DNA of 64,000 nucleotides, from the NCBI RefSeq assembly GCF_009914755.1, contig NC_060931.1; one strand, 5' to 3'. Shown piece after piece: positions 14,170 through 33,399 of this stretch. A model generated the notes under the pieces. It was not told the DNA's origin. It made no database searches and was given only the letters and a program-made list of their open reading frames with translations. Origin of the DNA: the human T2T-CHM13v2.0 reference genome, Homo sapiens. Position numbers and translations under genes: made by a program. Position 1 is the first letter of the stretch, and every line of letters begins with the position of its first letter.

Positions 14170-14700
14170 AGCCCTGCAAGCTCACCCAAGCCGAGCAGCC
14201 CACTGGCTGTACCTCAAACGTGCCAAGCGACTCCTACCTCAGGGGCTTCTCCTGGTTATTCCTGTGTCCTGGAAAAACCTTCTGCCAGACCTTCCCAATA
14301 CTCCCTGCCTCTCTTCCACCCATTCTCTGCTTCAATTCCCCTTCGCAGAGAGGCCTCCCCAGTCACTGTCTCTAAAACAGTTCCTCCTCTTACTCACTCT
14401 TCTTACTTTGCTTTAGTGTTTCTTCATAGCACTTGTCACTACCAAATATCCCACTTGTTATTTACTTGTTTTTTTGTGTGTATTAACTACATATATATTT
14501 CGGTTGAAAGGTCTGTTCAAAACTTTGATCCTTTTTGAAATTTCCTTGTTTTTTATTGTTGCATTTTAGAGTTTTTGAGTTTATTCTGTTTTGTTTACTG
14601 TAGTATCTCCAGAGTCTGGAATAGCACCTGCCACAAAGGAAGCTATTTCCTGAGGAAATGAGGGAATAAATGAAGGGATGGATAAATGAATGAATGAATG
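14170..14700 (+). mobile_element. L2 3' end containing a ~120-bp L1M-like insert
   Basis: ttcttcatagcacttgtcact...tctccagagtctggaatagcacctg...aatgaatgaatga tail. Confidence 0.6.
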
Positions 14701-14904
14701 AGACAGACTATGCCTCGTGGTAGGATTTATATAAAATAAGAATAATATAAAAATAATGCAATTTTATATATGCATATCACTCATTCCATATATGTGATTG
14801 TGAGATGTATCCCATCCTGTGTGGTGTGTGTCTGTGGGTATGTATGTGTGAGTGGTGAGTTTGTGCATGCTGCTTATGTGGATCTAGCCAATTGACCACT
14901 GTGC

Positions 14905-15125
14905 AGGAGGAAGAACTCAGACCTTGGAGTCAGGAATCCGGCTTCACATCCCTGCTCGGTCACTTGTTAACTATATGACAGTAAGTATGTTTCTCGACTT
15001 TTCCAAACCTGGGTTTATTCACGTTAACATGGGGATAAAAGTACCTCTTTCATAGATTTGTTATGGGGGTGAAATGAGACAACATACAACATAATTAAAA
15101 CACCTTACAAATGAGAAATGCTTAG
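14905..15125 (+). mobile_element. MIR
   Basis: agaccttggagtcaggaatccggcttcacatccctgctc...ggggataaaagtacct. Confidence 0.6.
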
Positions 15126-15213
15126 AAAAAACTATTTTTTATATGTATGCTTTTCTTTTGATTTCCTAATTTTTAATTTACATAAGGTAATATTCACCGA
15201 TTTTAGTGTATAG

Positions 15214-15538
<325 letters not shown>

Positions 15539-16191
15539 CCCAATCAAGTTTCATGACCCAAAGTGTTCCTTCTAACTGCCCCCCATTTGGGGCAACTTCT
15601 CTCACTCCAAACTGTTGGCAACCACTGATTTGTTCTTCTTTCCTGTAGTTTTGCCTTTTCCAGGGTAGCGAAATGGATTACCATATGTAGCTTTTTGAGC
15701 CTAGCTTCTTAAATTTAGCATAATGAATTTGAGAATCTTCCATGTTGCATGTATCAATAGTTTGTTCCTCTTTATGGCTGAATTTTTCTTATTCATTGTG
15801 TATCCATTCACTAAAGGACATTTAAGTTGTTTCCAGCTTTGGGTGATTATGGATAAAGCTGCCATATTACATTTGCATAATGGTTTTATATGAACATAAG
15901 TTTTCATTTTTTTGGATAAGTACCTTAAAATGAGATTGCTGGATCAGATCGTCAGTGTGTATTTAAGTTTCTTATAAGAAACTACCAAACTGTTGTTCAA
16001 ATATTTCAGTGGCCTGAATCCTCACTAATACATTGTACTGTCATATTGTGTTTAAACTTTAGCCTTCCTAATTGGCAGGTAGTGGTTTCAGTTTGTATTT
16101 CCCTGATGTCTATTGATGTTGACTGTCTTTTCATGTGCTTACTTGCCATACATATGTATTTTAGTTGAAGTGTCTGTTCAAAATTTTGATT

Positions 16192-17950
<1,759 letters not shown>

Positions 17951-18831
17951 TCAAAATTTTGATTCTTTTAAAAATTTCCTTGTGTTTTTATTGTTGCATT
18001 TTTGAGATCTTTTTATATTCTGGATACAAGTCTTTTGTCATATATGTAATTCACAGATGGTTTTTTCCTAGTTTGTGGCTTTTCTTTGCATTATTTTGAC
18101 GATGTCATTTGCAAAGCAAATTCTTAATTTTTAATGAATTCTAATTTACCAATTTTTTTCCTTGAAAGTATTGTTTTGGTGTTATTAATATAAGAATTTT
18201 TGCCTAATTTAGGGATGTAATAATTTTCTCCTATATTTTCCTTTAAAAGTTTATAGTTTTACATTTTATACTTAGCTCTATGATTCATTTTGAGTTAATT
18301 TTGTTAAAAAGACTATCCTTTCTCCGCTGAATTACCTTTTGTATGTTTTTAGAAATTCAGTTGACCATATTTATATAGGTCTATTTCTGGGCTTTATTTT
18401 ATTTGATTGACTTAGGTTTTCATCCTTTTGCCAATATCACGCTTGATTACACTAACTTGAAATAAAGTGGTATGAGTTTTCCAACTTTGCTCTTTTTCAA
18501 ATTTCTTTTGCTATTCTCATTCTTTTGCTTTACCCTATATACTTTAGAATCAGCTTGCCAATGTATATAAATAATTTTGTGGAGATTTTGATTATAATTG
18601 CATTGAACCTATAGATAAATTTGGGGAGAACTGACATCTTGTGAATATCCCATAAACACAGTATATCTTCCCATTTATTTGGCCTTTCTTTGGGATTTTT
18701 TTTTTAAATCAGGGTTTATAACATATAGATCCTGCTGATATTAAATTTACTCTTAATATTTTATTTTATGGCACTATTATAAATGGCATAATGTAAGATT
18801 TCAATATAAATTATTTATTGGTAGTATATAG

Positions 18832-19177
<346 letters not shown>

Positions 19178-20271
19178 TGATCTTGTTAGTCAATTATGAT
19201 CATGAGCTCTAGAGCTTTCTTAGAGATTCCTTGGAATTCTCTACATAATGCCTTTTATTTCTTTTTCTGGCCTTACTGCACTGGCTAGGCCTTCCAGAAC
19301 AATGCTGTAAAAAAGTGGTAAGGACAAAAGTCTTTCTCTTGTTTCCTATTTTAGGGGAATGCAGTCTTTTTCCATTAAGTGTGAAATCAACTATACAGTT
19401 TTTTCTACATGCCCTTTATCAGTTTAAAAAAAATTTCCTTCCATTATTAGTTTGCTGAGAATTTGTATAATGAATAGATATTGAAAATTTCAAATGTGTT
19501 TTCTGTATCTATTGAAGCAATCATGGTTTTCCTTCTTAACCTATTAATATAGTTAATTATATTGATTGACTTTCAAATGTTGAACCAGCCTTACATTCCC
19601 AAGACAAATCCTGCTTAGTCATGGTACATTATCCTTTGTAAATATTGCTGGAATAGATTCACTAAAATTTTGTTCAGAATTATTTCACCTATGTTCATAA
19701 GGGATATTGGTCTGGTTTTAATGCTGGTCTAATTCTAGCCTAATAAAATGGGTTGTAAAGTATTTCCTTCTTTTCTATTTTTGAGAAAAGATTATATAGA
19801 TTTGTTACTTCTTCCTTAAATGTTTGGGAGAATTACTCAGTAAAACCATCTGGATGTGGAGTTTTCTTTTTTGAAGTATTTTAACTACAAATTCAATTTC
19901 TCTAATAGATATGAGACAAATCAAGTTATCTAATTTCCTCACCAAGCTTTGGTAGTTTGTATGTTTCAAGGAATTAGTCCATTTAATTCTTGATTTAACC
20001 CTGATTTAACCCTGATTTAAACACAAATTTGTGGTAATACAGTCATTTGTTTTTCTATAGTGATATCCACTCTTCCATTCCTGATATTGATAGCTTTTGT
20101 CTTCTCTCTCTCTCTCCTTCTTGCTTAGTATAGCTAGAGATTTATGCATTTTATTGATATTTCATTGGCTTTGTCTACTGTTTTTCTGCTTTCATTTTCA
20201 TTGACTTTTGTTTTTATTTTTGTTAATTCATTTTCTCTGCTTGCTTTGGGTTTAGTTTGTTCTTTTTTTCT

Positions 20272-20587
<316 letters not shown>

Positions 20588-23500
20588 GTTTGTTCTTTTT
20601 TTCTAATGTCTCACTGTGGAAGCTTAAGTTATTGATTTGAGACTTTCTTTTCTAATATGAGCATTTAGTGCTATAATTTTCTTCTCTCTAAGCACTTCCA
20701 CAGTTTTTTATAAATTGTATTTTTATTATTAATTATTTTAAAATATTTTATTATTGCCCTTGAAACTTGCTTGACCAATGGGTTATTTAGAACTGTGTTG
20801 TTTAACACAGTTACATCGTGTTGTTTAACTTCCAAATGTTTAGGTATTTTCTAGATATCCTTGATTTTTTATTTTTTTCTTTAACCATTTATGGTCATAC
20901 ATATTATTGTCAACATTTTTGGTATGATTTCAATTATTTTAAAATTGTTAAGGTTTATTTAATGGTTCAGAATGTGTCCTCTATAGGTACTTGAAAAGAA
21001 TGTGTTTTGCTGTTTTGGAGTGGGTTGGCACCTGTTAGTGGTTTTTCCCTTGACTACTGGTCACATTTTGCTGGTTCTTTGTATGCTAAGTAGTTTCAGA
21101 TTGTATTTTAGACAATCTGATATTATGTTGTGAGACTCTGAGTCCTGTTAAAATCCTCTAGAGAATATTGATTTTCCATAATGACCACCCTGTTATGCAG
21201 TTCCACACAACTGGAGAGACAAAGAGAACGAAAACAAAAATTTTCCCCCATCCACTTGGGATGATAGGGAACTCTTTTGAAGATCCTCTGACCAGAGAGA
21301 CAGTGGTTTGTTTGTTTGCTTTCTCAGTGTTTTAGGTGCTCATGCCACAACTGCTGCAGAGAAGCTCTAGACTGTGGCCACTCCTCGCTTAGAGATAGGA
21401 GGAAAAAAGAGGGGAAAAACAGAAAAAAAAAAAGCCTTGGAATATATTCTACACTTTTCAGCTTACAGAAGTCTCTGTATCTGTTTGGTTCAACAAAGGA
21501 GATTTCTCTGAGTTTTGATGTCTGCTCCTACTGCTCAGTTCCATAATTAGGGCCATTTTCATTTCAAAGCAGTGAGATACAAAAGCAAAAATAACTCAGG
21601 ATTCTCATCCTAATACTGGTTTTTCTTCAAATTTTGACTTTCAAACTATCTTCTGGTGTTTACTTTTCAGAGTCCTTAAATAGTTGCTTTCTGTATTCAT
21701 TTTTAGCTGTAATCTGTGAGAGAGACAGACTATAGAGGGCTGACTTTATCTTGGCCGGCAATGGCAGTCTCAGTAATATTTAACATCTAATAATTATTGA
21801 ATTCCATGTACAACTCGCATCTCCTATCCTACCCTCTTTAGGAGGGCTTTTAAGAATGCTGGATAGTGGGAATTTTAGAGACATTGTGGGCTGACTTCTG
21901 TTTTCACTGGGAGAGGTGGGAACAGCTTTGTTAGGTAAGCATTTTCTGGCATCTACTTGGGACTCATTTTCATATTGATAGCTTCAACCTCACACAAATC
22001 ATATTGATCCGGTATCCCATGTTTATGTTCACACTCTGGAAACATGTACTACTACTGCCACCTATATCTACGATACTTAGTGTAATTGCTGGTTTATATG
22101 TCTGTCTCCTTGAGGTTCCTTAAGGACAGAGAATGTTCTCTGCCTTCTGAGCTCCTAGCACAAATTCTGGCACATAGAAGGAACATAATAATTTTTTTTT
22201 AAAGTTGTGACCTTGCTTTAAAATTGAATTTCATATTCTTGGAATGAGGGATAACATTTTTCCTTTCTTAAACAAGTATGATAAAAATACCCCACACATC
22301 TCTGAGAACCATCTTGTAATTGCACCCTTCTCATGCCTGAGAAAGGTAAACACTACACACAAGAGTATCATGGAGTGGCCACACTGTGTCTTCTCTGCTT
22401 CAGAGATAGGTAAATCAAGGCACGGGAAAGTCAGGTGTCTTTGTATTCAACCTCAGATTATTAAACACCTCGAAGAAACTGCAATGGAGAATCTGTGTCA
22501 ACTCTTTCTTAGAATGGCAGTCCTGATCTCAATTTCCTTCAACTGCATAATAGAATACACAACTCAGTATCTATTTACACATCACTGCTTTTTCTTTTTG
22601 CATTAAGACATAATTTTAGAATAGGTTTTCTGACTTCCTCTGTGTCTCTGACTGCATTAACTACCAAAAGCGTGGCTGAGCCACACTTCACTGACATCAT
22701 TGTGCTCCCACCTCAAATCATTTTCATCCTATTGTGAAGCAAAAGCCTTAAAAATGCTCTTTAGTTTTTTTTTTATTTTTAAAGGGCATTTACATCCAGC
22801 CATTTTATGAGTGCAGTCAAGGCAATTTCATGTTATTTTCCAAGACTTTTACACACTCGGAGAGCCTGGCAAAATGCATTCGAGATGTGTGAGCAAGAGG
22901 TCCCATCAGTCATTCACCTACATGTTTTAAATTGAGTGCCTGCCCTGTCCAGCTGAACGCTCCATTCATCGAATTGCCTGGAACAGCTCCATGGCCCTCA
23001 GGAGCCTCATGCACATCTCACACTGTTGCAAAATTGCCTTCAGACAGGATTCTGATTTCCATCAGAGAATTTTAAATTCCAGCTAATGGAATGCTTTGAA
23101 GGCATGTGCCACACACTTCTGCCCAGTGCAAGTCTTTTGTGCGAGCAAATCTAGCAGGGACTCCAGAGCCTGGACAGCAGAAAGCTGCACTTCCTCAAGA
23201 GGATGCAGGATCCTCTCACTTTCCCAGTTATCCTACAGCTGACTAGTCAGCTGAGGGATTCACCTGGTGTCTGTATCTCCCCACTAGCTTCTTACTGTGG
23301 GAAGAGAAAGAATAGGATCCTGCTGGGAGCCAGGAGTCCCTGGGTTTAATTAATGGCCTTTTGGCTTTCTTCCCTTCCCCTCTCCACCGTGTGCACTGGT
23401 GGACACTGGTCCCCATCCCTGAGGTTCAGTCCTGCCCTGGATTCCAGGTCTACGCCAAGCCCGAGAAGGTTTTGGATGAGAAGAGCTGAGTAATTTGCTT

Positions 23501-24565
23501 GGTCAACAATTTTTGAAACAATGCTTGAGATAACCTTTGGAATCTGGGTTCTTCAACTACACAGTTTCTGTCTTACTTTTCTCTTGCAGGAGGGTCGGTG
23601 CTTTCATTCCCAGCCAGCTATTCCTTGTTCTTCATGTCCTTTACCACCTAGTCCCAAATATACAATGAGAACTCCTGGATCTCTTAGTTTCTAGGTGTCC
23701 AGTTCTACTTCCCCTTAAATTAATGACTTCCATCCAGGGCACAGTGGTTTTGTTTGATTGTATCAATGGATCAGACAGGCCCAAATCTAATTGCAAGCTT
23801 TGCCCCTGTCTAGTTGGAGGGCCTTAAGAAAGGCACTTGACATCTCTGAGACCCAATTTTCTCATCTGCAGAACAGTTTTACTAAGATGTCCTAAAGATT
23901 AAATTATATAATATATAAAGAGTCTAGAAAAGAGTAAGCCGTAAATGATGGCTATTATTATTATTTTTACTAGTATTTGACTATCCATTAGTCCATGGAT
24001 AAATGAGTCTATCTTTGGCTCAACTCTCACATTCAGATATATTCTATGCTTTCACCTGAACTTGGGGATCCTCCATGGATTACTGGTCCTACCTCAATTA
24101 TTTTTCCTGCTTGTTCTCTGCCTTATTTGTCCTTCTACTTCCTGAGCCCCTAATTTATTCATGTGAAGAAGCAAAATTGCACAATGTAAATTCTATGAGA
24201 ACAGCTTCACTCTAAGGTAAATTATAATGTCTTGTCTTATTCATGAAATGACTGAATGTTGATGGTCATGTATATCATCTACTAAAATGATAGAATGAAT
24301 GCTTTAGACACTCTAGAAATAGTTTGTCCTATTTTTCTCTATTTGACTGATGATCTCTTGGGATCAGAACAGATATTCACAATATTAAAACTACAGTAAA
24401 TGGTTTTGTGGTTGTAACCAATGACAAATAATTTTTTCTCTCTGAATCTGACATCCTCCACATCTACTCTCTGGGATGGAAATGTCTTTAGTGATACTGC
24501 CAAAAGAAGCATCAGAGAGAGATTAGATAGAGATGACCTTTCCATGAATTTTAAGAGGAAGACTC

Positions 24566-27277
<2,712 letters not shown>

Positions 27278-27759
27278 GACTCCTTCCCTGGACACTAGAA
27301 CCATGATGGCATTAGGGATGGAGTTATTAATGCATAATAGCAGAAAGCTCTTTACCTCAACATTATAAAGATAATAAAGGTATAGTTAACAATGATCGTA
27401 CACACATTGTAGATTCCATTACAGTATTAAATTGAGCAATAGTGTTTGCAGCAAACTATGGGCTTTATTCTTTAACTTCCCTTCCCATTAAATTATTCTT
27501 TAATTTCCCCTCCCATTAAAGGAGAGGGTGGCCTCTTTTCAGGTAAGGATTGCTCATCTCTTTCTTCTGCATGCCTCATGCCATGCATGCCCCATGCAGG
27601 TGTAAGCTAGATGGCATTCTGTATGTCAGGACCAATTTTCATTACTGCAAAATACTCAAACTAAGTTTTAAAGAAAAGAATTTCTATCCTATGCATTGCT
27701 ATAAGGCTTTTTATTCCAACATATGGTATTAAATAGGAGTTATGTGCTCAATTGTGAAT

Positions 27760-27944
27760 TTATATGAAAAGGAGATTAGGACACAACAGGCATAGAGGAA
27801 AGGTCATGTGAAGACACAGGGAGAAAACACTCATCTGCAAATCAAGAGGAAAGATCCCAGAAGAAACTAACCCTGCTGATAGATACCTTGATCTCCGACA
27901 CCTGTCTGTGGTACTTGGTGGTGGCGTCCTAGCAAACTAACATA
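27760..27944 (+). mobile_element. MLT1A-like LTR fragment
   Basis: catgtgaagacacagggagaa...cctagcaaactaacata. Confidence 0.6.
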
Positions 27945-28974
27945 ATTGTGATGAAACACAGAGGCCCAAGAGTGGCCTTTGTGTTTCATTTCAGTGCTCT
28001 ATGTTCTGGCCAATTGTCTGTCATCTTCCTTTGTGCATGAATGAGTCCCCTGTGGGCAAAAGCAGAGGCCACCCGTGGAGGCATACCTAGATGAGTGGCA
28101 GGCAGACAACAACTATCTGTCATCTACCCAACCACCACTTATGTCCTTTTCCCTCCACATCCCTCCTCTTTCACCATCCCTCCCCTCCTACTCATCTTCT
28201 TCAGGTAGCAGGAGTGGGAGGTAGGAAAAAGCAATAGACTTATTAATGTTAAAGATCCAAGCTGCAAACATTTGCCTCTGATTAGCTTTTTGGTTTCAGA
28301 CTCTTTCTCTAGGCAAAATTTTCTCAAAATTATCTGCTACAGGAATTCAGAGAAACATTTAAAACTCTAAGTAGACCGATACCACCACCTTCCCCATCCT
28401 CCACCCAACCAGGCTGTGACAGTAGGTAAAATCTGTATACCCAACACCAATTCCCTTGATGGTATTTGGATCCATTTCCAATTGAGAAGCAGTCATCTAT
28501 CCTTTTTCATTAGCTTCGCCTTCACTGGTGAGAAATTAGTGGGAAGTAAAGACTCTGGAGGCCTGGAGTTGTTGAGTTTTAAAATTTTATGCCTGGAGGG
28601 TAAGTCCACTCTAGTAAATGCGAAGTTATTTTTAAACTTAAAGCCATGGAATACAACTACATTATAGTAACCAGCTATTTTGCAGTATAACCTAGATTCA
28701 TTCATGTATTGTTTGTATGAATGTTCTGTTTCCAGCATAATGGCTTTTAAAAATTAAAAATATAAATTAGCTATTATTAGAGAAACAGCACAATAGTAAA
28801 ACTCCCATAAATTGGCATAAGAAAATATTAATAATAGACTCTAGATGGGACAGACAGTCTCTAAAGAATAAACAAATCATTGAGTAGAGAATAGAAATTC
28901 CACCCAACCAGTTAGTGCTCTATGCTGATCTTCAAACAATGGGTTCCTGGGTCTTAGCAATAACAACAAAAACA

Positions 28975-29160
28975 ACTCACCACTAACCGAGTGCTTACTG
29001 AATCTCATATGCTTTACATGTATTACTTTATTTTTTTCTTCCAAATGTCACTTTTGAAGAAGATACGTTTAATATTTCCACTTTACAGATGATGAAATTT
29101 TAAAATGTTATATAAATTGCCCAGCTAGTAAATGGTAGGGCAGAGATTCAAACCCAGCCT
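28975..29160 (-). mobile_element. MIR
   Basis: tccactttacagatgatgaaa...tagtaaatggtagggcagagattcaaacccag. Confidence 0.6.
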
Positions 29161-29349
29161 TAATATATATATACTATTATTTTGATCCCCAGAGCACTCA
29201 ATATACTGTTGGGTACTTTTAAAAGAATTAAGAAAATGTTGAGCCATATGGGGGACGATTCAGCCATATTGTAGGGACAGAAAACAGTAAAAGTGACCCA
29301 AATACCCCATCTTTAAAATTTTTCTATGTTTTAACCATTTATTTTCCAC

Positions 29350-29800
29350 ATTATTCTTTTGTGCAATATTTGCTGAGCATCTACTATGTTCCAGGTACTG
29401 TGTCGGGTGGAAAACAGGAATAAATAATATACAAACCCTTTTATTAAGTAATTCAGAGTTCAGTGAAAGACTTCAAAGGAAAACAGATCATTTTTAAATG
29501 ATCGAACTATGTGACAGCTGGAGTGGCATTAGCGGATCACAGAGGGGATGGTCAGGACTGGCTGCTGGCAGGAGGGGACATCTGAGCAGGTGAGAGGCAG
29601 GGGTGTGGGAGGAAGACAGGTAAGACCTTAACAGGCAAGGGTACAGTGTGAGCACTGGCAGGAAAAAGAGTTGCTGGAAATTTCCAGCAGTTCATTGTTG
29701 CTGAAGCAGAACGTGTGATACCGGGCGGGTCCCTGATCGTGGAGTGGAGGACGGATGCAAAGCATGGAGACCCTTTTAAGGCACCAGACGAGGGAGAGAG
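29350..29800 (-). mobile_element. L2 fragment
   Basis: caatatttgctgagcatctactatgttccaggtactgtg. Confidence 0.5.
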
Positions 29801-29991
29801 ATTGAACAAATAGGAGAGGTGGGTGGGTGAGGGAGAGAAGAGCCACTGAGATCATCACAACTCAAACAAAACTAAGACAAATGTAGTGCATGTCCTTGAG
29901 TTCTCTTGCTTTCTCCCATTTTCCATGAAAACGTGCAAACTAGCACCTTAACACTTTTTGTAATTTCATAACAAATGCTATCATATTTCAT

Positions 29992-30009
29992 AGCCAGCAG
30001 ATGGCACTA
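29992..30009 (+). promoter_or_regulatory. CTCF motif
   Basis: AGCCAGCAGATGGCACTA matches the CCASYAGRKGGCRS core. Confidence 0.6.
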
Positions 30010-30043
30010 AGTATACATAAAATGAACATTTTGCACACTGTCA

Positions 30044-30187
30044 TTTTTTTTTTTTTTTTCTCTTGAGACCGTCTCACTCTGTTGCCCACGCTGCAGTGCA
30101 GTGGCGCAATCGTGTCTCTCTGCATCCTGGGCTCCAGCAATCCTCCTGCCTCAGCTTCCCAAGTAGCTGGGACCACAGGCGCCTACC
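30044..30187 (-). mobile_element. Alu monomer / AluJ right arm (FRAM-like)
   Basis: T tail plus a single diverged Alu arm. Confidence 0.75.
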
Positions 30188-30339
30188 TCCTACTTATTTT
30201 AAAAGAGTTCAATCCAGGCTCTACTGTTCCCAAGGGACTTTTCTCCATACTAGGAACTCTAAAATCTGACAATGGTCTGGATCTGTGAGATAGGAAAGGC
30301 ATCTTATAGGTACAGGGTCCTGTCTTCTGCCAGGGTCTA

Positions 30340-31255
30340 CTGTGCTATGGTCTCAGAGGGATTTCATCAGGGGATCCCAGTAAGGTTGTAAAATGAATAA
30401 GGTCTTGGTGGCACCATCTCTGTGTAGTGAGGAAAACTTATGTAAAACTGGAACGGGTGAAGGGGTGAAACTAGGAAGGTGTCATAGCTGTTAGAGGAGG
30501 GGGAGCAGGACTGGGTGGGTAAAGCCTTCAGCTGTGAGGCCCGTTGACATCTATGAAAGAGGAAGAAAGCAGGAGAGACTTCAGTTGCAAAGGACGGCTG
30601 ACCAGGGCTTGGCTTTCTCAGTGAGCAGCTTCAGAGCAAAGATTGCCTGATGAAGCAGTTTAGCATTGGGCCAAAACAGCCAGGCCCTACAGTATCCTTC
30701 TCATCTGGTTTGGCTCTGTCCCCACCCAAAGTCTCATCTTGAATTGTAATCCCCATAATCCCCACATGTCAAGGGAGAGACCAGGTGGATGTAATTGAAT
30801 CATGGGGGTGTTTTCTCCCATGCTGTTCTCGTGGTAGTGAGTTCTCACGCGAGCTGACGATTTTGTAAGTGTTTGGTAGTTTCTCCTGCGTTCATTTCTC
30901 CTTCCTGCCACCTTGGGAAGAAGGTGGCTTGCTTCCCCTTCACCTTCTGCCATGATTGTAAGTTTCCTCAGGCCTCCCCAGCCATGCTGAACTGTGAGTC
31001 AATTAAACCTCTTACCTTTATAAATTACCCAGTCTTGGGTATTTCCTTATAGCAATGTGAGAACAGACTAGTATATCTTCCTTGCTCGGTCATTGGTTGG
31101 GGGTTACCCAGGAAGAATGTGACCCAGAGTGAATGCCATGCAGATGCTGATGGCGCTACAGTTGAAGGCTGTCAGTTACCTGTGCTCCCTGCAGCTGGAC
31201 AGCAGGTTCTCAGAGGAATACCCTAAAGGTGGTGGACTTTTGTGGCTGCCACACC
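30340..31255 (-). mobile_element. Old ERVL-class LTR interrupted by a THE1 LTR
   Basis: LTR-like sequence continues on both sides of the THE1; family uncertain. Confidence 0.35.
30701..31075 (+). mobile_element. THE1 (C/D-like) solo LTR
   Basis: tttggctctgtccccacccaaa...gaactgtgagtcaattaaacct...acagactagtata; TSD CCTTC/TCTTC. Confidence 0.85.
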
Positions 31256-31949
31256 ATCCATGTTAAAGAAATAACTCTCGTGTATGATCTCCATTGTATT
31301 TCTTAGGTCTGTATGAAGCTGTGTAAACAGTCTTGCTCTTTTCAGTAGCTGAGGTGCTTTTTAAATAAAATTCATAGGTTCTTGGATATGATTCAATCCA
31401 GTATATTCTGTGAAATGGCTTTGCAGCTTCATCTGAATAATCTCAATATTTACTTATAAGTTATATGTATCTCTTGGAAGAAAATTTTAAAAGTAAAAGC
31501 CATTATCTATATGTGCTCAAAGGATATGAAAGAATTTTAATCTCAGAAAAGCACAATAAGGAAGTCAATATCTATTTTAATCTCAGGCAAGCATACTAAA
31601 GAAGTCAGTAGCTGCAAAAGCTCCTCAAAAAATTATTCAAAGTCAAATATAAATAATCTTATTTGCTCTTTTGGATTATGAATACATCACAGCTTTTTTA
31701 TTAACATCCAATTTAAAGTTGGCCTATTGTCTGGTGGTATTAAAATGGATCACATGTGTAGCCCTTAATAATGCACATTGACATGGAACACTTGGCTTGA
31801 TCCTCATAATTCTATGAGGTAGGTATTATCACCTAGGTACAGATGAAGAAACACATCCTGAGAGATGTGAATTTTAATGCAATTTCTATGAATGACATAT
31901 TTTTTTCAAAATCCTATGAAACACAATCTGGTAATTTTTAAGACACTGT

Positions 31950-32460
31950 ACCACTCTTTCCTTACACTATATAAAAAAATCAACTCAAGATGGATGAAAG
32001 ATTTGAATGTAAAAGTTAAAACGATCAAAACCCTAGAAGAAAACAAGAAAGGCCATGGACATATGCCTTGGCAAAGACTTCATGATGAAGATGCCAAGAG
32101 CAATTGCAGCAAAAACAAAAATTGACAAATGGGATCTAATAAAACTAAAGAACTTCTGCACAGTAAAAGAAACTATCAACAGAGTAAACACACAACCTAG
32201 AGAATGCGGGAAAACACCCGAAAGCTATGCATCTGACAAAGGTCTAATATCCAGCACCTATAAGGAACTTAAATCAACAAGCAAAAACAAACGACCTCAT
32301 TAAAAATGGGCAAAAAGTGTGAACAGACACTTCTCAAAAGAAGACGTACATGTAGGCAACAAGCATATGAAAAGATGTTCACCATCACTAATCATTAGAG
32401 AAATGCAAATCAAGACCACAGTAAGATACCATCTCACACTAGTCAGAATAGCTATGATGA

Positions 32461-32492
<32 letters not shown>

Positions 32493-33160
32493 GATGCTGG
32501 TGAAGTTGTGGAGAAAAGAGAACACTTATACACTGCTGGTGGAAATGTAAACCAGTTTGGCCACTGTGGAAAGCAGTTTGGAGATTTTTCAAAGAATTTA
32601 AAACAGAGCTATCATTCAACCCAGCAATCCCATTACTGGATATATACCCAAAGGAATATACATTGTTCTACCATAAAAACACATATACACGTATGTTCAT
32701 TGCAGCATTATTCACAATAGCAAAGACATGGAATCAACCTAAATGCTCACCAATGGTGGAATGGATAAAGAAAATGTGGTACATATATACCATGGAATAC
32801 TATACAGCCATATAAAAAAATGAGATCACGTCCTCTGTGGCAACATGGATGGAGCTGGAGGCCAGTATCCTAACTGAACTAACACAGAACAGAAAACCAA
32901 ATACTGTATGTGCTCCCTATAAGTAGGAGCTAAACATTGAGCACACATGGACAAAAAGAAGGGAATAATAGGCACCAGGGCCTACTTGAGGGTGGAGGGT
33001 GGGAGGAGAGTGAGGACTGAGAAAATACCTATCAGGTACTATGCTTATTACCTGGGTGACAAAATAATCTGTACACCAAACCCCATGACATGCAATTTAC
33101 CTATATAACAAACCTGCAAATGTACTTCTGCACCTAAAATAGAAGTTGGAAGGAAAAAAT
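31950..33160 (+). mobile_element. 5'-truncated L1 3' end (L1PA15/16 or L1PB-like)
   Basis: Degenerate ORF2 C-terminus ([14 protein letters not shown]) plus an old L1P 3' UTR. Confidence 0.85.
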
Positions 33161-33399
33161 ACATTGCACAAATGGAAACAATAAAATCTACAATTTGAAC
33201 ATTTATTTGAATAGCTGGACGTGTCATCAGAACAACTTTTGATGCTTATTTAAGCTCCCAGAGTTACCTAAAGAGAACATGAGGTTTAAGAACCACTGAT
33301 GAGGAATCAAAGCCCTACTTTGAAGAGTATAAATACATAAGCATTATATACATATATAAACACACATTTTAAAGAATTATAAAATGAACACTTGTATAC

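Noticed and set aside
13939-14538. 199-aa ORF
   Set aside because: Runs through L2- and L1M-derived sequence; no recognisable domain.
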